DNA from: Eledone cirrhosa
Lineage: Eukaryota
Assembly (NCBI GenBank): GCA_964016885.1
Contig: OZ024766.1
Coordinates: forward strand, 22,134,001-22,198,000
DNA length: 64,000 nt
Direction: 5' to 3'
Shown here: positions 30,693 through 64,000 of the stretch, in pieces
Numbering within the stretch: the stretch's first letter is position 1
Layout of the letters: each line of letters opens with the position of its first letter
The notes under the pieces: generated by a model
Seen by the model: only the letters and a program-made list of their open reading frames with translations
Database searches by the model: none
What the model was told of the DNA's origin: nothing
Position numbers and translations under genes: made by a program

Positions 30693-31266
30693 GAGAGATG
30701 ACCCCTTAGCCTTTGTCAAGGCAGAATTCTAGGAGAAGGAAAACTCTGATATAACACCTGCAACCCTGATGGTATCCAATGATGTTGACTTGTTCTTCTT
30801 TTTGGTAAATATCATCTTGGTTAAGAGAGTGGGACTGGCTTTGTGCAGTGCCTTTGCTCACTATAAAAGCTTCACGGCACAGGCATTGCTGTATATCTGG
30901 AGATCTCTCTGCACTTGTCATCATATGGTACCATGGGCCCAGCACTATGTGTCAGTAATTGTCACAAGTGTAGTGTTTGTACCAGAGTATATATATATAT
31001 ATATATATATTGGGAGAGATGACCCCTTAGCCTTTGTCAAGGCAGAATTCTAGGAGAAGGAAAACTCTGATATAACACCTGCAACCCTGATGGTATCCAA
31101 TGATGTTGACTTGTTCTTCTTTTTGGTAAATATCATCTTGGTTAAGAGAGTGGGACTGGCTTTGTGCAGTGCCTTTGCTCACTATAAAAGCTTCACGGCA
31201 CAGGCATTGCTTTATGTCTGGAGATCTCTCTGCACTTGTCGTCACATGGTACCATGGGCCCAGCAC
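30693..31266. repeat. Direct duplication of ~253 bp (offset 321) of a dispersed repeat fragment
   Basis: 30693-30945 ~ 31014-31266; a diverged reverse-complement relative lies at ~4060-4220. Confidence 0.85.
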
Positions 31267-31548
31267 GAGTTTTCAAGTCACTGGCTGGACTAAAAAGTCG
31301 CACTCGTTCAGCGCATCGGTAGGGGTTCTCCTACATGGATATAAAGTAGTGGCCGTACTCGAAAACGAGTTGGCAGCCACCATATATATATATATATATA
31401 TATATACGTATATGTATGTATGTATATGTACATACATACATATATACACATACAATAGATCAATATAAACATTGACAAGAAATTTAGGTGAAGGATATTA
31501 AATGGAACAATATATTGATGTATATACGTGTGTATATACATACATATG

Positions 31549-31592
<44 letters not shown>

Positions 31593-31905
31593 CATATTAA
31601 GACAACGCCCGTTCTAGCATCTGTTGTTGTTGTTGCAATTAATTGATGGCTGTGGATTATGTGGGATGTTATGGGACAAATATCGATATATATACGTGTT
31701 TGGATGTGTGCGTGTATATATATATATACATACATGCTTTGATAGAAAGTATAAATATATTTAAATATATATTATGGCGTCAAGTATGAAATTTGTAGAA
31801 ATTTTTTATTTTTTCAACAAATGTCTACAAATTTCATACTTGACGATCTAATATATATATATATATATACATATATGTATGTATGTATATGTATATATAC
31901 ACACA

Positions 31906-31955
<50 letters not shown>

Positions 31956-32257
31956 GGCGTCAAGTATGAAATTTGTAGAAATTTGTTATTTTTTCAACAA
32001 ATGTCTACAAATTTCATACTTGACGCCATAATATATATATATATATATATAAGTTCTATCAAAGCATGTATGTATATATATATATACACGCACACATACA
32101 AACACGTATATATATCGATATATATATGTGTCCCAGGTTCAATCGATGGTAATCACAGTAAAGTACTCAATACATTAGTAGAGTGTAAACATCAAGTCTA
32201 TTATAGAAATGGCTTCTACAGGACTAGAGCTGTTTCATTCAAAGGATATTTTGTATG

Positions 32258-32373
<116 letters not shown>

Positions 32374-32375
32374 TG

Positions 32376-32408
<33 letters not shown>

Positions 32409-32464
32409 AGTTATATTTGGGGAGGGTCATATTTGCGTAATATTGCCAGAATTAATAAATTCTG

Positions 32465-32505
<41 letters not shown>

Positions 32506-32755
32506 CATAATATATATATATATAATATATATATAATATACATAATATATATATATATATATAATATATATATAATATACATAATATATATATATATATA
32601 TATAATATATATATAATATACATAATATATATATATATATATAATATATATATAATATACATAATATATATATATATAATATACCAAATCAACTTTTTAA
32701 AAGGAAGTTGCATTATCACAAGGTATGTCACTAATTATTTATAAAACAGCTTATG

Positions 32756-32830
32756 TATTGTATTTTGTCTGAGGAAGGCATAACATATTTTTAATATGAT
32801 ATCCCAGAAATATATATAACGAAATAAATA
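32756..32830 (+). ncRNA. Hammerhead ribozyme motif (family A, CTGAGGA core variant)
   Basis: Stem I tattttgt/acgaaata; CTGAGGA 32769-32775; GAAA 32807-32810; palindromic ATATATAT stem III; the first stem II pair is mismatched. Confidence 0.5.
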
Positions 32831-32875
32831 TGGTTTTATAAATATAAATCTAGTTTCCATTTGTTTAATATCGTA

Positions 32876-32935
<60 letters not shown>

Positions 32936-33089
32936 TATATATAATCTTGGTACCAGATCTACCATTTTACTGGGTGATTTCTTATTGCGATAATTCACGA
33001 ATTTCTGAAGTGTAAGGGGGATAACCCTGTCTAGTCTAGTTTATAGAATATAGTTTATAGAATATCTGAACTGAATTTACAGAAAAATA

Positions 33090-33195
<106 letters not shown>

Positions 33196-33345
33196 GGATG
33201 TGAGTTTTATTGTAGTACAATAAAGCAATGCAGATATCGGATAAGAAGCACTCTACAGTTTGTAGGACTGGAGTATACATAATATATAAGAACAAAAGAA
33301 CTGCACTATCCACAAGTGTTTTTTAACCTTCATATCATGTCTTCC

Positions 33346-33416
33346 TATTTAATCTGATGAAAACACAAATGTTATTGCATGATGATATTTGTTTTTGAAA
33401 TGCGCATAATAAAATA
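33346..33416 (+). ncRNA. Hammerhead ribozyme motif (family B)
   Basis: CTGATGA 33354-33360; stem II aaa.acaaat/atttgt.ttt; GAAA 33397-33400; palindromic ATGCGCAT stem III; AUA cleavage after 33408. Confidence 0.6.
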
Positions 33417-33446
33417 CATGGAACTCTTTTAACCATCTTTTGTTCT

Positions 33447-33516
<70 letters not shown>

Positions 33517-33570
33517 CGTTTCTGAATTTGTTTAGCAAGATTCTTTATCTGAAAACGTGTGTTGAAACCT

Positions 33571-33853
33571 ATATTGTTATACTTTGGGAGGGTCATGTTG
33601 CCAATAAGAAACACACGCACCAGTTGCTTTCTCTTCAACTTATTATAATAAATTTATAAATTTAGGAATTTATAAATTTCCGGTTGGTTGGTTGGTTCCA
33701 ATGTGTGACAAAAGAACTTTCACAATATATAAACAACCATCTGGTTGTGGAACCAACCAACCAACCGGAAATTTAGAAATTTATTATAATAAATTGAATT
33801 TAAAGCAACTGGTGCGTGTGTTTCTTATTGGCAATATGACCCTCCCAAAGTAT

Positions 33854-33861
<8 letters not shown>
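33571..33861. repeat. Foldback / inverted repeat (~290 bp)
   Basis: atattgttatactttgggagggtcat...ccggttggttggttggttcca is mirrored by tggaaccaaccaaccaaccgg...atgaccctcccaaagtataacaatat. Confidence 0.85.
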
Positions 33862-33888
<27 letters not shown>

Positions 33889-33922
33889 ATATTAATAAAT
33901 GGAAACTATATTTATAAAACCA

Positions 33923-33997
33923 TATTTATTTCATTATACATATTTCAAGGACACCAAGTTAAATTATGGTGTGCTTTCATCAGATAAAATATAATAT
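33923..33997 (-). ncRNA. Hammerhead ribozyme motif (family A)
   Basis: On -: tattttat CTGATGA (33983-33977) aag cacacca...tggtgtc ctt GAAA (33946-33943) tatgta TA atgaaata. Confidence 0.65.
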
Positions 33998-34281
33998 AGA
34001 TCAGTTTTATAAACAAATATTGACATACCGTTAAAAGATTGCGACCACGGATAGTGATAAAAGCACACCACAACTTGCTTTGGTGTCCTTGAAATATGTA
34101 TAATGAAATAAATATGGTTTTATAAATATAGTTTCCATTTGTTAAAAAATTTGTTGAGTGCTTTATATCAGTTATACAAATATTTGCTTGTTGTATCCCA
34201 ACAAATTAAATATAACTTCTACATATATATATATATATATATACGATATATTAACAAATGGAAACTATATTTATAAAACCA

Positions 34282-34356
34282 TATTTATTTCATTATACAT
34301 ATTTCAAGGACACCAAGTTAAATTATGGTGTGCTTTCATCAGATAAAATATAATAT
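34282..34356 (-). ncRNA. Hammerhead ribozyme motif (family A), tandem partner of 33923-33997
   Basis: Identical core; CTGATGA at 34342-34336, 359 nt from the previous copy. Confidence 0.65.
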
Positions 34357-34599
34357 AGAGCAGTTTTATAAATAAATATTGACATACCCTTAAAGAATGC
34401 GACCATTTCTGTTGGAAGCTCCCGTATAGTATATCCTCAATATAGTTTCCATTTGTTAATATATCGTATTTTTACTCCAATTATTTGTTGAGTGCTTTAT
34501 ATCAGTTATAAAAATATTTGCTTCTTGTATCCCAACAATTTAAATAAAACTTCTACATATATATATATATATGAAGAGGGCTTTCGTTTAATCGGACCG

Positions 34600-34742
34600 A
34601 GGAAACGATGTTTCCATTGGTCTTTCCAATTGCTAATACTATCTATCGGTCGCAACTCCAGGTAGAAGGAGCAACGTGAAATAAAGTGTCTTGCTCAAGG
34701 ACATAACGCATCGCCTGGTCCGGGAATCGAACTCACAACCAC
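34600..34742 (-). mobile_element. tRNA-derived SINE head
   Basis: Reverse complement of 8935-9070. Confidence 0.75.
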
Positions 34743-34794
34743 ACGCCTTCCACACATACACACACGTATATATATATATATATATATATATTCT

Positions 34795-34992
34795 ATTCTA
34801 AGGCGGGTAAAATTCCCGAGATCCATGGACGAGTTCTCTCCAGCGGTCTCCGTCCCTCATTATCGCTGCCATGTCCTGCATCTACAACAGACCAGTGTCT
34901 GTCCTTAGGGCATCAACATACGTTAACCTTGGTCTTCCTCTTCTAGTGTGTCCATGTAGGGGCTCCTACAGGAGCACTGAATGCAATGTCAA
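34795..34992 (-). mobile_element. RTE-like LINE C-terminal fragment
   Basis: EPLHGHTRRGRPRLTYVDALRTDTG...MRDGDRWRELV on -, with in-frame stops. Confidence 0.7.
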
Positions 34993-35141
34993 CACGTATA
35001 TATATATATATATATATGTAGGAGGTGAGTTTTATTGTAGTACAATAAAGCAATGCAGATATCGGATAAGAAGCACTCTACAGTTTGTGGGACTGGAGTA
35101 TGCATAATATAAGATCAAAAGATGGTTAAAGGAGTTCCATA

Positions 35142-35212
35142 TATTTTATTATGCGCATTTCAAAAACAAACATCATCAAGCAATAATATTTGTGTTTTCA
35201 TCAGATAAAACA
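35142..35212 (-). ncRNA. Hammerhead ribozyme motif (family B), minus strand
   Basis: TCATCAG at 35198-35204; mirror image of 35338-35408. Confidence 0.7.
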
Positions 35213-35337
35213 GGAGAACATGATATGAAGGCTAAAAAACATTTGTTGATAGTGCAGTTTTAAATCAACATATCAGATATGTTGATTTAAAACTGCACTA
35301 TCCACAAGTGTTTTTTAGCCTTCATATCATGCTCTCC

Positions 35338-35408
35338 TGTTTTATCTGATGAAAACACAAATATTATTGCTTGATGATGTTTGTTTTTGAAATGCGCATA
35401 ATAAAATA
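35338..35408 (+). ncRNA. Hammerhead ribozyme motif (family B), plus strand
   Basis: Stem I ttttat/ataaaa; CTGATGA 35346-35352; long stem II; GAAA 35389-35392; ATGCGCAT palindromic stem III; cleavage predicted after 35400. Confidence 0.7.
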
Positions 35409-35460
35409 TATGGAACTCCTTTAACCATCTTTTGATCTTATATATATATATATATATAGG

Positions 35461-35545
35461 GGTCTGATGAGCCGCGGTTTACAGAGTCAGGTCAGATCGA
35501 TACAGATCGAACCTTGAGCTGATGAGCGGCGAAACGCACGTCACC
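35461..35545 (+). ncRNA. Hammerhead ribozyme motif (family C, GC-rich, canonical GUC site)
   Basis: ggt CTGATGA (35464-35470) gccgc...gcggc GAAA (35531-35534) cg-ca-cg TC acc; cleavage predicted after C35542; AATAAA shortly downstream. Confidence 0.7.
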
Positions 35546-35620
35546 AACCAATAAACGTAATGAAGGAGTAACCAATCGTCCCTGACATCTTATTTCACTA
35601 TATATATATATATATATATA

Positions 35621-36002
35621 TAGGAAAATGTATGACCCCGACGGCAGAGCTCAAGCCGTTTCGACGGCTAATTCTGGACTAAAAAAAAAAAAAATTTTTT
35701 TTAAAAATCCGGAATTAGCCGTCGAAACGGCTTGAGCTCTGCCGTCGGGGTCCTACTCGTTCCTATTACCCACTCTACTACCCTAAGTATTGAGTACTTT
35801 GGTGCGTTATGGTCCACCTGGTTCCTTACCCCATTTCCTTCGTTATATATATACATATATATATATAGGAAAATGTATGACCCCGACGGCAGAGCTCAAG
35901 CCGTTTCGACGGCTATTTCCTATTACCCACTCTACTACTCTAAGTATTGAGTACTCTGGTGTGTTATGGTACTCAATACTTAGTGTAGTAGAGTGGGTAA
36001 TA
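35621..36002. repeat. Foldback repeat family (gtatgaccccgacggcagagctcaagccg...), several rearranged copies
   Basis: Hairpins at 35621-35765 and 35921-36002; same family as 7075-7233. Confidence 0.8.
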
Positions 36003-36059
36003 TTTTAATATATATATATATATTAAAATAACAGATTAAAGTTTAAGCAAAGAATCGCT

Positions 36060-36205
36060 AGCAGAGTTACGGCCCTTGCTATTCTGAGTTCAAATCCCGC
36101 CGAGGTTGACTTTGCTTTTCATCCTTACGGGGTCGATAAAATAAAGTACCAGTAATGCACTGGGGTAATTGCTGGCCTTGTGCCTAAAGTAGAAACAATT
36201 ATTAT
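36060..36205 (+). mobile_element. tRNA-derived SINE (second family)
   Basis: gagttcaaatccc B-box and shared body with 11300-11418. Confidence 0.75.
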
Positions 36206-36208
36206 TTT

Positions 36209-36275
<67 letters not shown>

Positions 36276-36321
36276 TATATGTGTGTGTGTGTATATATAT
36301 ATATGTGTGTATATATATATA

Positions 36322-36352
<31 letters not shown>

Positions 36353-36494
36353 GTGTGTGTATATATATATATATGTGTGTGTATATATATATATATGTGT
36401 GTGTATATATATATATATGTGTATATATATATATATATTATATGTGTGTGTATATATACATATATATATATATTATATGTGTGTATATATATTA

Positions 36495-36525
<31 letters not shown>

Positions 36526-36694
36526 GTGCGTATATATATATATATTATATGTGTATATATATATATATATATTATATGTGTGTGTATATATATATATTTG
36601 CGTATGTGTGTCTTTATGGGAGTGCCAGGCCACACTCCACTCACTGAATCACTCACTCACTCAATCAATTAGAAGCCTGCTCTCCTGCAATTGA

Positions 36695-36800
36695 GTGGCG
36701 GAAGCGGAAATGGAGTGAGAGTCGAACCGGAAGTTGTCGACAACCACACTATTATGGGATGGCGCAGAGAATGGCGGTGCGCGCGTGATTTTGAAAGGGG
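36695..36800 (+). promoter_or_regulatory. lin-54 promoter: ETS-like GGAA motifs, YY1-like AATGGCGG, CDE/CHR-like element
   Basis: gcggaag 36698, gcggaaat 36704, accggaagt 36726-36734, aatggcgg 36770-36777, GCGCG-tgat-TTTGAA 36781-36795; a CpG-rich island directly before the ATG exon. Confidence 0.6.
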
Positions 36801-36813
36801 AACACTTTAAGGA

Positions 36814-62412
<25,599 letters not shown>

Positions 62413-62875
62413 AGACCAACAACAACAACAACAACAACAACGGGATGTGATGTGAAATCCTTCATCCATTTCTGCCCTCCTCAACACACACACACACACA
62501 CACGCATGTGTGTGACTGGTCTGTTGTCATGGTGAGAGTGTGTGTATATATATATATATATGGTGTGTGTGTTTATATATGTATATACGTGCGTGTGTTT
62601 AGATATGTATATACGTGTGTGTGTGTATGTGTGTGTATATATATGTGTGTGTCTGTTTATATATATATATTTGTGTGTGTATGTGTGTATATATATATAT
62701 GTCTTTATATATGAATATACTTGTGTGTGTTTATATATATATGTGCGTGTTTATATATGAATATATATGTGCGTGTGTATATATATATATGTGTGTCTGT
62801 TTATATATGAATATGTGTGCGTGTGTGTGTGTTTATATATGTATATACTTCTATATGTGTGTGTGTATATATATA

Positions 62876-62922
<47 letters not shown>

Positions 62923-63029
62923 ATTTATATATGTTTGTGTATATATATATATACACATATGTGTGTATTTATATATGTTTGTGTATATATATATATATAC
63001 ACATATATATATATATACACATATAAAAG

Positions 63030-63540
63030 AAGGAACAAAAAGAACTGAACCTCTACTCCTTGGAGCGAAGACGGGAGAGATACGCAGTGATCTACACGTG
63101 GGAAATCCTGGAGGGGGGGGGGGGGGGACCAGCCCCAAAATTTGGCATTGGGAGCTGGACCAACCCCCGAACTGGACGTCACTGTGTGGTGCCAAAGGTC
63201 CCGTCTTCCACATCTAGAATAGGGAGCAGATATTGCAATAGCCTGAGGGGGGGGTTCAAGGGCCCTCAACTCTTCAACAAGCTGCCAAGGGATCTGAGAG
63301 ATCTGCACGGTGTGTGTGTGGGGGGGGGGGGATGCCTTCAAGAAACATCTCGGCTCCCTGCTATCCAGGATATTGGGGAGAGCCCACAGCACAGCAAGGC
63401 ACGAGGGGGAACCTAAGGGCAGCAGCACCAGTGGTCAACCAATACAGGCTGGAGACAGAATGTGTAGAAAACAAGGGCGGTGCCCCAGCATGGCCTCAGC
63501 CGGATGGCTGGAACATGTAAAAGACTAAAAAAAAAAAATG
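63030..63540 (+). mobile_element. CR1/L2-like LINE ORF2 C-terminal fragment, frameshifted
   Basis: LYSLERRRERYAVIYTWEILEG...RTGRHC...GPQLFNKLPRDLR...FKKHL; A-rich end. Confidence 0.75.
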
Positions 63541-63680
63541 TAAATGTATGTGTGTGTGTGTGTGTATATATATATAAATGTTTATATGTGTGTGTGTATA
63601 TATATATGTGTGTGTATATATGTTTATATGTGTATATATATATATTTATATGTGTATATATATATATATATTTATATGTG

Positions 63681-63714
<34 letters not shown>

Positions 63715-63728
63715 TATATATATATATT

Positions 63729-63782
<54 letters not shown>

Positions 63783-63877
63783 TATATATATATTTATATG
63801 TGTATATATATATATATATTTATATGTGTATATATATATATATATATTTATATGTGTATATATATATATATATTATT

Positions 63878-63926
<49 letters not shown>

Positions 63927-64000
63927 GTTTATATATATATATACACACACATATATATATATATACACACATATATATATATATATACACACATATATAT

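Larger units (their letters stand above)
35108..35442. repeat. Near-perfect 335-bp palindrome (centre 35275) carrying two hammerheads in opposite orientation
   Basis: Arms of ~167 bp with a single-base centre (aacatatc-a-gatatgtt) and only a few mismatches. Confidence 0.9.

Noticed and set aside
36754-36810. Upstream ATGs at 36754, 36759 and 36771 as the lin-54 start
   Set aside because: All hit stops before the donor (TAA 36808-36810; TGA 36786-36788); at most uORFs, depending on the unknown TSS.

Overview
Eukaryotic, microsatellite-saturated genomic DNA. The SINE families and repeat landscape look like a coleoid cephalopod (probably Octopus); this is inference, not proven here. Almost all ORFs in the supplied track are artefacts of (TA)n/(CA)n/(GGT)n repeats. 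The real content is fourfold. (1) A complete 12-exon lin-54 (tesmin/TSO1-like CXC, MuvB/DREAM subunit) gene on + from ATG 36814 to TGA 62412. All junctions are GT-AG and phase-consistent (4281 nt, ~1426 aa), with a giant low-complexity exon 2 and a CDE/CHR-type site in its own promoter. (2) Two exons of an unidentified gene on - (17518-17608 and 627-683) that runs off the window start. (3) Many retroelement fragments (RTE, CR1/L2-like and Tx1/L1-like LINEs; tRNA-derived SINEs), most carrying internal tandem minisatellite expansions. (4) A dense cluster of minimal type I hammerhead-ribozyme motifs (CTGANGA...GAAA...NUH, short stem III that is perfectly palindromic in several copies, Penelope/retrozyme style) at 32.7-35.6 kb just upstream of lin-54. 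It includes a ~335-bp near-perfect palindrome with one hammerhead on each strand and a tandem pair 359 nt apart. Two more copies lie at 7.4 and 24.4 kb. There is one 200-N assembly gap.
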